A stretch of 64,000 nt of DNA, taken from contig JBLDXI010000017.1 in assembly GCA_047495785.1 (NCBI GenBank), positions 1,178,001-1,242,000 on the forward strand, written 5' to 3'. The translations under genes and the position numbers were made by a program. This stretch comes from Lepidodermella squamata (Eukaryota; Animalia; Gastrotricha). Below, piece by piece: positions 26,281-39,850 of this stretch. The notes under the pieces were generated by a model that did not search any database, was not told the DNA's origin, and saw only the letters and a program-made list of their open reading frames with translations. Position 1 is the first letter of the stretch. Each line of letters opens with the position of its first letter.

Positions 26281-27551
26281 GCTAAACAAAAAAGTTTGGT
26301 ATCAGGATATTAAGGTGCTACTAAGCCACAATTATAATCAATAAATTCGTAACCTCTAAGTTGGTTTCCATTTTGGGACCATTAGGATGAGACGATCAAT
26401 AAATAGTAGAAAAGTCTAAACGTTGTTGACAGCGTCTTTTGATCTCCGAGTGGGGGGAGAGGTTTCAATAAACTACGATATCGTCTTAGCACTGATGAGA
26501 ATTTTCGAAACCGGCCAACCTTTTGCAAAACTTCGGTCTTTTTGCGATTTGAATTGCAGATCGCGGGCCTCATTTGTCCACTCTGTAATAATGAAGGGTG
26601 TGTAAAAAATGGTGCATTTATATTAGAAACATTCTTGGCACTAAGAGGACACACAATCTAATTATATTGACGGCCGGAAATAGTAAAAGAAGCTGATCAG
26701 TGCTAATCTTTTCATATTCAGGCTAATAATCTGAGAACTCCCCTTTATGAGCTGGAGGAACCAGTCTTCATACAATAGGTTTATCATCTGGTTGCTGGAA
26801 AATTAAGAGCGAATTCATCATTTTTGCTTTTGATAAAATTTTGATAAAATATGTCAACAGTTGATTTCAAATAATTTAAGAATTTGGGGCAACGAGTGAT
26901 TTCTATAAAGTGAACTTCACGTCTTGCAAACAATTTGACGATGGATTTCAATATCATTTTTTATTTAGAATAACGAGGATCTATAAGTAATCTATCATTG
27001 TTAGGCCGGGTTTGCAGGGTCGAAGTCCATTTTTATTTACTGCGTCGGTGGTGTGGTGGTGAGGTGGTGAATTTTGTTGTGGTAGTAGTTTTTGCAAATA
27101 TTTTTCATTCATCTCCATCAAATTAATCAGCAAAAAAATAGCCGACCTCACGACCGCACAATACCATCACCACATAGCAAGCGAAAAAAAACGCGGCTGT
27201 GATTCATCATTGAGTCCACTATGCAAAACACCACCTACAATGCCCTTGGAAGTTCTGAAAGTGGTTTCACATCCAATTAATGTTTCAAAATTAGGTTTCG
27301 GTAACAGGAAGAACTTCGAATATTAAGCTGCTACAGCTTTCTAATTGTCATTCTATGATATTTTTGCTTTTGCCGTTTGACATATTAGGTATCTGAAAAA
27401 CTAACCTGGCTTGCTTGCGTTACTCTATATCAGTTTTGAAGTCATTTTTTTTATCAACAATTGCCCACTACATATCAAGTTATATTATTACTATTATTCC
27501 TCAAACGTGCTATACACCAATTAGTTCAATAGCTAGTTTTCCACTTGAAAC

Positions 27552-29387
27552 ATGTCTGTATTCATAAACCATCCAATTTCGTCGCATCCACTGGGTGTTT
27601 ACAAATCATCGGCAGTCGCGTGTGACGCCGGTCGGTGTTCACAAATCGGCGCCGAAATTTTAGCCAAAGGAGGCCATGCCGTTGACGCCGCCATTGCCGC
27701 CGCCCTAGCAACCGGCATTTCCAGCATGCACGACGCCGGAATAGGCGGCGGCTTCCTAATGACAATCTGGGACCAAAAGTCACAGCAATCCTATGTTTTA
27801 GACGCTCGAGAGACGGCGCCAAGTTACACCGCTGTTGATATGTTCAGTAATGGCGAACTTGGTGAAGATGTTTCAGTTTCTGGGCCGCTTTCAATGGCGA
27901 TTCCAGGCGAAATCGCTGGCTACTGGGAGGCTCATAAGAAATTCGGCCGGCTATCGTGGTCTGAGTTATTCAAACCAGCCGTTCAAGTTTGCCATGAAGG
28001 CGTCGAAGTCTACACAGCTTTGGAATGCGCGATTAATCAAATGATTCAAAGAATCGATTCGGCAGCCGATAAAACTCCCTTCCTAGAAATGAGGTAATTT
28101 TTTGAAATTTGGGATAAAATTGGGTGGGGCTTGTAGAATTAGTTCAATTAAATAAATTAATTATTCAAATTAAATTGATATTTTGTAATTTAAATTTAAA
28201 TTTAAATATGTTGAATTTTCAGAAAATTCCTAACGAATCCAGAGACTGGGAAACCATATCGAAAAGGCGAGACAATAACATGTCCAATTTTAGCGAAAAC
28301 TCTTGCTCGAATCGGAGAAGAGGGCGCCGAATCATTCTACACCGGGCTTCTCGCCTCAGATATTTTAGCCGACCTCGCCGAAATCGGGTCAAAAATCAGC
28401 ACCGATGACCTTCAAAATTACCGCGTGGAGTGGCGTAAACCGGTTGTAGCCGATTTACCCGTGAAAAATCTGCGACTAATCAGCACTCCGCCGCCTGGAA
28501 GCGGTGCGATTCTCGCGTTCATCATGAACATTTTAGATGGTTACAATTTTGCGAAGTCTGACCAAAACGACCCGGTCGCGTATCACCGCTTCATTGAAGC
28601 GTGCAAATTCGCGTATGGCCAGCGGACGTTGCAGGGTGATCAGAGCTTCGCGCCGGAAATAATGGCTGAATTCATCGAAAAATTAACATCCCCCGAGCTA
28701 GGCGCGAAAATTCGTAGTTACATCGACGATTCGGCCACTAAACCGACTTCATTTTATCTTTCCAACCCCACAGAGGCGAAAGATCACGGGACAGCTCAGA
28801 TTAGTGTTATCGACGCTGAGGGTAATGCGGTTTCAATGACTTCAACGATTAATGTCTGCTTCGGCAGCGGGGTTTTCGGCCGAAGAACTGGCATCATTTT
28901 CAACGATGAGATGGACGATTTTTCAACGCCCGGCCGAGCGAACTACTTCAATTTACCGCCCAGTCCGGCTAATTTCATCGCACCCGGCAAACGGCCGGTT
29001 TCTTCAATGTGCCCATCGATATTTCTATCGAAAATTGACGATTTATTCAAAGTTTGTCTTGTAATTGGAGCAGGTGGAGGCTCGAGAATAACCTCCGGAG
29101 TGGCTTATGCTGCTCTCAGAATGTTATGCTTTGGCGCGAATCCGAAAGAAGCTGTCAACGCTTTGAGATTACACCATCAGTTGGTACCAGAAACGCTATA
29201 TTTCGAGCCAGGAATGTCCCCTGAGCTATTAGAAGCCTTGAAAAAGTTGGGCCACGTCGATCAAACCGAATATCACGATGATGATGACAGCATTATATCG
29301 GTTATTCAAGCTATTCAGGTGATTGAAGATGGCCGGATCGAAGCGTTTTCGGATAACCGGAAAAATGCTTTCACTGCTGGAATATAG
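27552..29387 (+). CDS. GGT: Gamma-glutamyltranspeptidase (glutathione hydrolase)
   Basis: GGHAVDAAIA, GIGGG, DARETAP, PPPGSG, DHG|TAQISV autocleavage Thr, NDEMDDF, PGKRPVSSM, GAGGGSRI; one intron 28094-28222. Confidence 0.95.
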
Positions 29388-32300
29388 AAGAATAAATTAA
29401 TTAAAATTTCGTGATTTCAAGATTTGTTATGATCATTGCGGCAGATTTTTTGTTTCATTTTCGAATAAATTAAGGTAAGCACTGCCCGAGGTTGTTGACG
29501 GCTGTAAAAATCACAATCACAATCACACATTTTATCGGCCAAGCGCAAAAACAACAATGTGTAGCGACCTGTGCTTTTTGTTTATTATTTTAAACAATTT
29601 TTGGCTTATCGTGTATAAATCTGACTGACCAGCAGCGCAGTAATAATTAATATACGGCACTTGGAACAGCGCCGGTGGAAATATCACTTGTCGACTAAGT
29701 TTGATTCATGATTTTATCGATTTTTATAGCCAGGCCTATTTTTATACGCCGCGAAAAAAGCTTCCAGGCCATAGGAATTATTTATTAAATCAATTTATTT
29801 AATCCTATAACGCTTGAGTGAGATTACATATGTATAGCTTGTCACCTCTAGGCACAATTTTTCCAACATTTTTTTCCATATTTTAATAAGTCCGGCCAGG
29901 TTTCTGTTGTTTGGACAGCTGGTTTACGCCATGCATCAATTAATATGATATTTTTCACACGATCGTGGGCAGATGACCGCGCGACGACTTCTGACGAGCG
30001 CGGCGGCAATTAGTTCATGCCATCAAGGGCTATTGACCGCAACTCAAGTGTGATGTTGATGGTTCGGATCTACCTTAATATGTTTGCGGAGGCGGCACGC
30101 GTGTATCTTTTATTGTTGTTGAGAGTTGGCGCGCGCGCGGCTTCTTCATCCTTACGTACCTTAGTTCCGGGCCAGGTAGATACGATTCAAAAACGCACAG
30201 TTCATATCATTCATTTGGTAACTCGTGCCGTTGGACCATTAAATAATAATAATAAATTATTTTTCCCCCCATTAATAATAATAATAATATAATAAGCGCA
30301 AAACAACACAAACAACAACGCTAACAATAATGATGCACCCTGCGCAAATTATCTGCTTTATTTTAGAGATTGCGCGCCATTGTTCACATCGCAACGGATG
30401 CGCTTCATTCGACGATTTGCTTCGCTAGAGTGCACGCGCTGAGAAATGTTTTAGGTAATGATAACAACGATTTACTTACCTTACATATAGGCCTATTATT
30501 GCGCTATCATTTATTTTTCGCTGCTCGCGCATTTGTTTTTACATCCAGCATCTCAGAGCCGCCCACTGAATGCCCGGCCACTTGGTCTGGCCACTTGTGA
30601 CTAGGCCCGAGCCTGAAGAGTGGCAATTAATTTGCTAGATATCTTTCAGCGCATCTCTATAGTTACTACATATTCGATAAAAGAAAGCTGTGTACTATAA
30701 CATTTACTTACTACCAGCACCAAAGTAGACTAAAAGTGATGCCTATATAGTCATTTCGATAGAATAATGTAACGTTTTAGCTGCTCTTTCTAATCATTGT
30801 TGTTATGCCAATGCGGCTACCTGAGCAGGCACCTCCAGACAGGTTTTGACAGGAACGATAGATACTATATGCTTCGGGTTAGAACACCTGTTGGTAATTT
30901 CTCACCAATCCAAATCGCTTTCAACTCAAAACCTTATTCGAAGTCCATTTTCAGTGTAGTGAAAGGCGGCAGTTTTATTTGATGAATTTAAAATAAAATT
31001 TACTTTTTTTTCCGAGTGCAGATGCTAAAAAGATTAGCCGGATATCTTTATAAAATTTTACTAATGTCATCACATATCAAATTTCTACGTTTATTATTAT
31101 CACATCATTATATTTTCCGGTTGAGTTTAGTGCTAAGCTTTTCAAAGTCTTCGTTGTGATAGTAAAATTACACGATTTTGTCTCTCTGCATATATGAAAA
31201 TATTTGTATATACGCGCTCTCTGCGAGTTTAATGAAGATAATTCATCAAAAAAGCGCGTAAAAGACAGCAACTCTCGCGCGCATGATTTGGTGCGCGCTT
31301 TCTACTTTCAAGATCATTATTTAGCGTTATAATATTTATTACATGACAAAAATACTACTGGCCGCTACGTGCCTCGCGCCTCAATTTTTTTTCGCGCGCG
31401 CTCATCAAGACACGCATTGGTAATAATGATGGATTATTAGCTTTATTTATTACGAAAAATGTTATTTCGTTGTGATAATACACAACATTTATCTGCAAAT
31501 AAGATGGAGGAATCATTAAATCCACCTGAAATAATGAATGTGTCTCGCCCCAGCCCTTGAGCGCATTTTCGGTCACTTGCCTTATGGCGGGCGGCTCGCG
31601 AACAAGTGTATATTGTCGAGTTGTTATACTATGGGAATTACAAAACGGCAATCTGCCCGGGTATCATATTGCTTTGTGTACTTTGAGCAGCTATTCGGCG
31701 CCAGGCCAGCAGGCGCTTGCCCGCCGCGACTCATCACGCCGCCTTTCATTAACTAACAATAAATATTATTACTTGTACCACTACGACTACTACAACAAAA
31801 GCAGTTGTCTTTTGCACTATTAATAAATGAATTCACTAATAAGAGATCGGTGACTTATGCTGTTGATTCGGCCGCCCCTATATGTATTTGGTAAACACTC
31901 GCCGCCTGTGACTCTGTCATGGCATTTCAACTTTGCACGCGTGCCTGCAACTGGGACTTGCAGATGGCCGAAATCTCGCGCAAATCGATCTCGCGCGCGC
32001 GCACCGCCTTAATATGCGCTAAAATCTCGTCGCCTGCCCCCCTTTTCAAAGCGAAAGCAGTTAATTTCTTCAATACTTTTACAGCGCGAGCATCTGTAAA
32101 CACTTGTTTGAAAGCTTTGCATTCACAGGCGACCCCGCTTTCGATCAAGTGTTTTGGCGCCGCTCTCGCCTGCGCCGCATCCAAGAGAGGCGTCGATATT
32201 ATTGCTCCTCGCGGCTGTAACAATTAATTCTATTGACTTGATATTATAAGCTCAGCCTTAAAAATATACACGCCCCAGGGCCCTATTCTTGCTATATATA

Positions 32301-32864
32301 TATATATACTATTTAACACACTGACTGTTTACTTGACACTTGATCGCATTATTTCATTAAATATACCGGCTTTCTAGATTTGAGTATAGTAAAGTTTCTA
32401 ACCAACAGTATATTATTCATTAACTTTTAACGACTTTTTGCGCACCTACCGCAGGTGAATGCGATTTTTTAGAGTAATGTGAAACCGATACTGTATCGTG
32501 ATGCGGAAATTGAAATGCAGGACTAAATATAAAAATCCCCTCCTTTCCTGAATTTTTATAAACTTTTTAACTGGAATCAAGCCGATCGAATTGTTTTGCT
32601 TACTTTTTTCTGCTGGGTGCGCAAAAAATCGCGAGAAAATTGATCACAAATCTCATTGATTGTGGCAAAAAATAATATTTTTTAAAGGTCTAATGGATCA
32701 ACATTGGATCTATCTATAAAGCCCGTAAAAAAACTCGCGCATTCTTTGAGAACCCCTATAATTGATTTTTTGAGACTCTCCGAGTTTCATGTTTAGTTTT
32801 TTTTATGATGAGATGGATTTTTAACTTTTCATGATTTTCTTTACTAGATATTTATGAGTAATCT

Positions 32865-34276
32865 ATGCTTTTTATAATAAACACAATAGTCTGCAGTCTG
32901 GTTGCCATCTCATCGCCAATCACCGGTTCTTCCCTTCGAATTCACGCTTTCAAAAAAGCTCTAATCAACCCTCAGGCTCGAAGCCCACGAGCCGAGCGGT
33001 CGTTGCCGGACACTGATTCTATCAAACCAACCAACCGAACTGTCGAGCAACGGCTACCTAAAGCTTTATTGATAGGCGTGAGAAAAAGCGGCACAAGGGC
33101 TTTGCTTGAATTTTTGAACCTTCACCCCCTCATCGCTGCCGCACCGGATGAAGTTCATTTCTTCGACAATGACACGCTGTTCGAGCAGGGCCTTGACGCG
33201 TACCGGCGCGCGATGCCGTTCACATTTGAAGACCAGGTGACGATTGAAAAAACTCCGGCGTACTTCTCGCGCGGCAACGTGCCTCAACGCGTTAAACAAC
33301 TCGGTCTCGACCTCAAATTTATTGTTGTCTTTCGCGACCCAGTTACTCGAACGATCAGCGACTACACGCAGGTTTTGTCAAACCGGCGGTTGCGTAACAT
33401 CACCTTTCCGCCATTTGAACACGTGAGTTTCGGAAAAAAAATAAAAAATTCGATCTAGAATAAAAAAATTGAAATTTAAAATTTTTGCAATATATTAGGA
33501 AATTCGAAATTTTTAATTTTCAAAAATTTCAAAAATGTCGAAATTATGCTGTCGAAGAAATTTTAAAATTTCGAATTTGAAACGCAAAAAATGAAACATG
33601 AAAAATTACCAAAAAATCAAAAAATCAAAAATTTGAAAATTCCAACTTAAAAAATTTATTAAAGTTTCAACAATAATTTTTTCTTAATTTTTAGGTAGCT
33701 TTCCGTAAGAAGCGGTCAGTGAGTGCCGACTTGCATGATCCCGAAGTCAACAGCCGTTACAAGGCTATCAACATCTCGACCTACGCCTATCACATGAACA
33801 ACTGGCTGCAATATTTCCCCCTAGATCGGTTTCACTTCGTCGACGGCGATCGACTAGTCGCGGATCCAATCATTGAACTACGCTCGGTAGAGGCTTTTCT
33901 CGGCCTACCTCACGCTATTGGCTCAGATTTGTTGTACTTCAACAAAACACGTGGTTTTTACTGTATGAAAGTGCCGCATTTAGTCGATGATGAAGATGCG
34001 AACGAGCGCGAAGTTGCCATAGCAACGGAACAGGACCGCAATTCGCCGCACATCTCAGCAATAATTCCATCGATATCTGCACTGCCGTCATCGCCGAACA
34101 GCAGCGGCGAAAATTCAACGATTTTGTACCAGTTTAAAAACAAATGCCTACGCCCTGATAAAGGCCGCCAGCACCCGGCTATCGGCAGGCCGTTTGTAAA
34201 ACAGCTAAGGCGCTACTTTCGACCGCTTAATGAGCTGCTTTTTCAAACAATCCGAAAGCGCTTCGATTGGTCCTAG
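32865..34276 (+). CDS. HS3ST: Heparan sulfate glucosamine 3-O-sulfotransferase (HS3ST1/5-like)
   Basis: RLPKALLIGVRKSGTRALLEFL, EVHFFD, EKTPAYF, RDPVTRTISDYTQ, FNKTRGFYC, KGR.HP, FDW end; intron 33423-33694. Confidence 0.93.
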
Positions 34277-34444
34277 TTCGTATATACAAAATGAAATTCC
34301 GTCTTAAAAACGCAGCAATTTTACACTAGTTATTATTACTATTTTACAAAATCCGCCAGATTATTTCATAGATTTTTTTTATACCGAGAAAAATGTTTTT
34401 GTAAATGTTTGAGAAATAAAGAAGCAGAGTTTATTTTTCGAAAA

Positions 34445-35260
34445 ATGTATCAAAACTTGCCGGCCCAAAAAAGTCCCATTGTTTATGATAATGTCCCAAT
34501 GATGGGCAATCGTGCGGTTGGTCTTTGGCACGTTGCCAAGCGTCAAGCTGGAACTGTGGTCGACGAGGGCCAAGTCGGAGTTTCTCATCACATTTCCCAC
34601 ATTTTATGGGACTTGCACACAGCGAAGGCTTCAGATAACAGCCAACCACTAAAAAAATCGACATACGTCACGATTTTACCACCGACTGGCAACCCGACTA
34701 CAACGATATTCGTGCCGAAAGTCAGCCCTGTCGGAATTTTGCGGACAAAATCAAGCCGAGTTGCGCCTCAACAAGAAGTCCCGTTTGTTGTAGTCGCCCC
34801 GCCATTGAAATCGAAGTAGGTGATAGTAAAAAACGCAGTTTATTGACTCGAATTTATCGAATTTCCAGAGATGGCGAGGCTATTTACGAGGATTTGCCAA
34901 ACACTGAGCCCTTGATTGAGCTCTTACCTAGAATATCAATGGCGGTGCTAGCCAGAATAATGACAACAATCTCATTGCTATCCTGCTGCGTTTGCTTCAG
35001 CCTTCCAGCGGCATTTATGGCGTGGCTACCCGCAAAAAACAGGTACATTTTGAATTGTGAAAAGTCATTAAAAATTCACGAATTTTTCCAGGTGTGCGAA
35101 TTACAAATGTTCAATAACGCTGAGTTTCCTATCAATTATATTCAGCATTGGGTTCACTGTCATATTCGCGTATTTTTGGTTCGTTTTTGGGCCGATGATA
35201 AAAATTCAAAGACGCCAGATGGGCGAATATCGCACAGCCCCTGTTGCTAATTACACTTGA
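34445..35260 (+). CDS. Dispanin/CD225-like membrane protein, paralog a (divergent)
   Basis: Introns 34816-34868 and 35043-35091; LARIMTTISLLSCCVCFSLPAAFMAW...YKCSITLSFLSII two-helix domain. Confidence 0.7.
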
Positions 35261-35297
35261 ATCGAGTAAAATTTCGTTCGTTTTCAGCATTCATCTT

Positions 35298-36109
35298 TCA
35301 TTCTAAGGTGGTTGCGTTGTCACTAGACGGCGTAGTAGCTGTAGACGAGCTAGTCCATTGTGTCATGTTCCGCAACTTCAAATCAAGCAGACCGTATCCT
35401 TTAGCCAGCTGATTTATGTATTGATGCAGGTAGGCCACCGAAACTAAGGAATATCCGATCAAAGCGATGGTAATAACCATCCCCACGAAAATTGCGACCA
35501 TTGACAAAGCGATCGAAATTTTATAATGACTCCTAATATGGTTAAAACGTGGTTTCATAAGTTGATGATTGGAAGGATTCTCACTTGTTTTCAGACTTTC
35601 GAAAAGCTAAAACCATCGCGGGTATTGCAAGCCAAACTTGCCCGAAGCACATTAAGGCTATGAATGACATAGGCCGGGCGACATAAGCTTCTGCATCAAC
35701 TTCCTTACGACTTGGTATAAAGGTCTTATTACTCGGAATCGATACGAATTGCAAACTAGAAAGAAGCATAATGTTGCGAAGATTGATAATACAGCCAAAA
35801 TGTTTACCTAGAGTTCTTTGCTAGTTCACCGACTGGCGATTGCTCGGGAATGTAAAACGGGTGTAGAGGTATGTCGCTTCCTACATCCGAATGTCCTGAA
35901 TTTGGCAGTTCTGAAGATTCATCAACACCCGGAAGAGGAATCATCGAGTGGAATTCAACATTTCGAGAATAACCAGCCGAACTTGCGACTACCACAGTGG
36001 TTGGGCTCCTAATCTCCGCAGATTTCTCTCGAGTTAGGCTATGCTTTGGTCTTTCAAGAGCCGATGAACGGACTCCCTGAGCATTGATAGAACTTTCACG
36101 ATAAAACAT
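35298..36109 (-). CDS. Dispanin/CD225-like membrane protein, paralog b
   Basis: Three exons; EAYVARPMSFIALMCFGQVWLAIPAMVLAF...YKISIALSMVAIFVG. Confidence 0.75.
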
Positions 36110-36307
36110 TTACTGATACTTGTTGGCAGCAAACTAACAGAGTGATAGATAACATAAAATTCTCCGAGCATCTGTTTATCAATTATTTATCAGATTGGAT
36201 CTCGAACTGTCGCCGAGTTACAAGAGAAACTCGTATTTTTCAATAATCAAACACAAAACTAAGTGCCTCATGTCATTTCAGTGGATTGGAGGATAATATT
36301 TTGAGGC

Positions 36308-36938
36308 TTATCCTGAATATCCGTTATAGTTATATCCGCCGGAATAGCTGCTGTAGCTATGAACAGGTGTCACAAGTCCAAATGTCATTATGATCAAAGA
36401 CACGACCATCCCAAAAGTTATAGCCGTAAGTGACAACGCGATGGAAACCTCATAGAATCTCTTAGGCTTGTATCTTTGGTAGGCCATGACAATAGCTGGT
36501 ATCGAAAACCACAGCTGCAGCCAACAGAACAGCGAAATTATTGACAGTGGTCTGGCTACAATAGCCTCAAGTGGTTCATTGATTTGATTTCGAACTACAA
36601 ACTGCTGCTGACCATTGTTGTCGATTGCTATAAATGCCATGGGCGTTACAATAGGCGTTGGTTGTGGCTGATGGTTACTGAAGGTCACATCAGTAAGAGT
36701 CAAACAGGTCAGAGATAACCTACCTCATCGTATTGAGCGAAAAGTTATCGTTCCCAGAAATAGATATCACAGCGGTATTCCCAGCAAGAATGGCAGGCTG
36801 CTGCTGTTGCATGTATGGCGCAGTTGCATTTGCATTGAAGGCAGCATTGTAAGCCGGCTGAGGATCATGTCTAGCGGCTGCAGAACTCGGTACCTGGGGA
36901 TAAATTCCGTTGTAACCAGGCGAGGCAGAAGCTGCCAT
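36308..36938 (-). CDS. Dispanin/CD225-like membrane protein, paralog c
   Basis: Two exons; P/Q-rich N-terminus, EPLEAIVARPLSIISLFCWLQLWFSIPAIVMAY...SIALSLTAITFG. Confidence 0.8.
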
Positions 36939-37186
36939 TATGATGCGTCAAGGGGAAAGTTTCTGGCAATGCAAAACCACACCTTGCGTTCTTTCATCCA
37001 ATACGCCGCATCTTACCTCTTTTAGGGTGAGCATTGCCCAATCAATAAACGCATCTATTCTCATGTTTTATTCTGATCACTTAAAGCTTAAACATTGCCT
37101 ACTTTTATATCAGAACCGATTGCAACAAAACCTGAAGCAGAAGTATCCATGTCTTTCATGTCCCTTTGCCCTGCGATTTATTTACC

Positions 37187-37988
37187 CTAAACTCGATTCG
37201 CCACAGCAGAAGCTGAGATCATCCATACTCCTGAGTCATTATAAGTTGGCGAAGTACCATAATAAGTGACATAATTTGTTTCAGGGTAATAGTAGCTCTT
37301 CGTCGGGTTATAATTCCCATAATTGTTGTAGTAATCCGAATAGTAGTAACCGTTACGGTAGTAGTAATTATCCGGCAACACCAGACCGCAAATCAGCATA
37401 ACCAGCGTTACCAACATTCCAAAAGCGATTGCCGTGATCGAAAGTGCAATCGAAGCGTTGTAGTATCGCTTCGACTTGTACTTCTGATAAGCCATCACAA
37501 TTGCTGGGATCGAAAACCAGAGTTGAAGCCAGCAGAACAATGAAATGATTGACAACGGCCGAGCTGCAGCTGCCTCCATAGGTTCCATTAGAGAGTTTCC
37601 AATCATGAATTGCTGCTGGTTGTTGGCCCCATTGACAGCGAATAAAGTTGTTGGAGTGACTACTGGCATCACCTGCTGGGGTCTGAAAATTTACAATAAG
37701 TCAACAATAGTCTCCCTTAATGATATGGAAATAGTATTACCTAGCATTGAAAGTGACCCCTTGAAGGGTTACAAATGAAGTTTGGTTGCTTGTATCGAAA
37801 GCGGGCAATGCAAAGACTGTGTTGCCTGATATCATTGGTTGCTGGGTCACCTGAGCTGTCGGGACATTGCAAACTATAACAGGCTGCTGTTCGGGTGTTG
37901 GGACAGCAGCAGCAGCTGATGAGGAGGAAGCTTGCTGGGCTACTTTTTGCATATCGGCATATTGAGGCGGAGGAGACGAGGACGCCAT
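37187..37988 (-). CDS. Dispanin/CD225-like membrane protein, paralog d
   Basis: Two exons; PPPQY N-terminus, same domain, Tyr-rich tail. An in-frame upstream ATG at 38174 is an alternative start. Confidence 0.8.
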
Positions 37989-38372
37989 TGCGTTGTAAAA
38001 TTCTTCCGTTTGCTGTGCTACTTCGGCTTCGAAGTAAGCCGTTGATTGATCAAGGTAGTCGTTTGTCTCGCAATCCGGGCAGTATCGACTGTTTTCTCGA
38101 TGTTTCTTCTGCTTGGTTTTCTTACGACGCGGTTTGTTTGATGGCAACTGTTCCCGCCTGATGAAAGCAAACATTGCTCTTTGTTTTCACAAAATCAATC
38201 GAGCGCGAATGTCGTCATTTTTTATTCAAAACACAATCGATTAGTAAAAAAACAACAGACGGTTACCAAAAACATGACTAACAGCATTTTATTTATGGAT
38301 TAAAGGTCCTTTTGTACCTGATTGTCAGGTATCGAATAAAAAAGTCCATATTTCCGTGTCGTTAAAGCGTCA

Positions 38373-39191
38373 TTAGCCTGTTGCTGAGACCGAATAGACA
38401 ACCGGCTTTGTTGTTGTAGATAGTAAAACACTCAGCAAAGTTGATCCGTTGTAACTCGAAGTTGAAGGAGGAAAAACCATGTCGTTGTCGTACAACGGCT
38501 GTCCATTCGAATCAAATCCTCCGTAAGGAACATTGTACATTGGCCTACGGTAGTAGTTGTCATTATAGTATCCGTGATAGCTGTAGTATTGAAAAGGCAT
38601 CACCATGCCGAAAATCATCATAATAAAAGCACCGATCATGCCAAGAACAATCGCCGTAATAGATAGTGCAATTGACGTTTTGTAAACAGATTTTGGCTTG
38701 TTCTTCTGGTAAGCGAACACAATTGCTGGTATGGAGAACCAAATTTGCAGGCAGCAGAACAATGAAATGATAGACAAAGGTTTAGCAACTGCTGCTTCGG
38801 CAAATTCGTGAACTTGAAATCCGGGAATATTGTTACCATAACCTCCCAGCAAAGGCTGGTTTGATGGAACAGGAATGTTGATGGTTGGAGTCATTATCGG
38901 ATAAAGCTGTTGCCCATTAGCATTGAACGAATAGCCCTGAGGAATAGCAAATGTCACGTAATTCGCGCCATTTTGGACTTGATGCTGTACATTTTGCACC
39001 GGTTGATTGCTATATGGCGTCGAACTCAGAACTCTGTTTGCTGCGGGCTGATTCGTTGCTGATAACTGACCCCCAGCAGCATCTTGATAACGCGGAGGGG
39101 GAGCTGAGTCGTTATTTGCAGCCTCGCTATTCTGAGGAGCAGGAGAAATCGCCGTTTTATTCATATTCTCTGATCCAGCAACTGAATCCAT
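38373..39191 (-). CDS. Dispanin/CD225-like membrane protein, paralog e (intronless)
   Basis: Single 272-aa ORF; PPPRY motif, KPLSIISLFCCLQIWFSIPAIVFAY...SIALSITAIVLG. Confidence 0.82.
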   Translation of the reverse strand: MDSVAGSENMNKTAISPAPQNSEAANNDSAPPPRYQDAAGGQLSATNQPAANRVLSSTPYSNQPVQNVQHQVQNGANYVTFAIPQGYSFNANGQQLYPIMTPTINIPVPSNQPLLGGYGNNIPGFQVHEFAEAAVAKPLSIISLFCCLQIWFSIPAIVFAYQKNKPKSVYKTSIALSITAIVLGMIGAFIMMIFGMVMPFQYYSYHGYYNDNYYRRPMYNVPYGGFDSNGQPLYDNDMVFPPSTSSYNGSTLLSVLLSTTTKPVVYSVSATG

Positions 39192-39850
39192 TTATTCGAA
39201 AATCTCTTTCAATGTCACTCAGCGAGGTTTTTTGTGTGTAAGATGTCTTGAATAAATAAACGAGCTCTTTTGCTAGCCTCGACTTCCCTTCTACATATGT
39301 ATAAGGTGTGTAGTATTGACAAAAAATGCGTTTGCGTAGTGTGGCTGAAATGGTATAAAAAACGCTCGTATGTGGTAGACGACAAAAATGTTGCTTCTAA
39401 TCAATATACGCGATGATTCATGGAATATACCAATGCGTGCTGCTAAAAGCTTTGTGAATTAACCACGTGAACAAGAATAGGAAATGGCGCTTCTCCAAGC
39501 TATATTTGAAAACTTGTCAAGTAAACAAATGCTGCCAGAACGGATACATTATGGGATCTGGTATAAGCTCCTATTTCAAGTTCCGCGCATCAATGAATCA
39601 GTAACAAAGATTTGGTTGATCAGACTTCTTTTATCTTTCTAACGACGAGTAGTTGCAACTGCGGAATCTTCGAAGAAGAAAGTTCGTGAAGCATGCAGAC
39701 TAAGGAAGGCTTGGTTTCTCAAATCCGAAAAATGACCTGAGTAAACAAGTCATTGTCTTCAAGAAACATTATCTCCAGAACAAACAGCATAAAAAGTACC
39801 TCATCATTGAATGAGTTTGGCCTTAATTTTGCGGACGTAATTCTGGAAAA

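Noticed and set aside
22900-32300. Short ORFs in the intergenic regions around GGT (e.g. 22954, 24005, 30017, 31919)
   Set aside because: Overlapping on both strands, no domains, no coherent splice structure; likely regulatory DNA.
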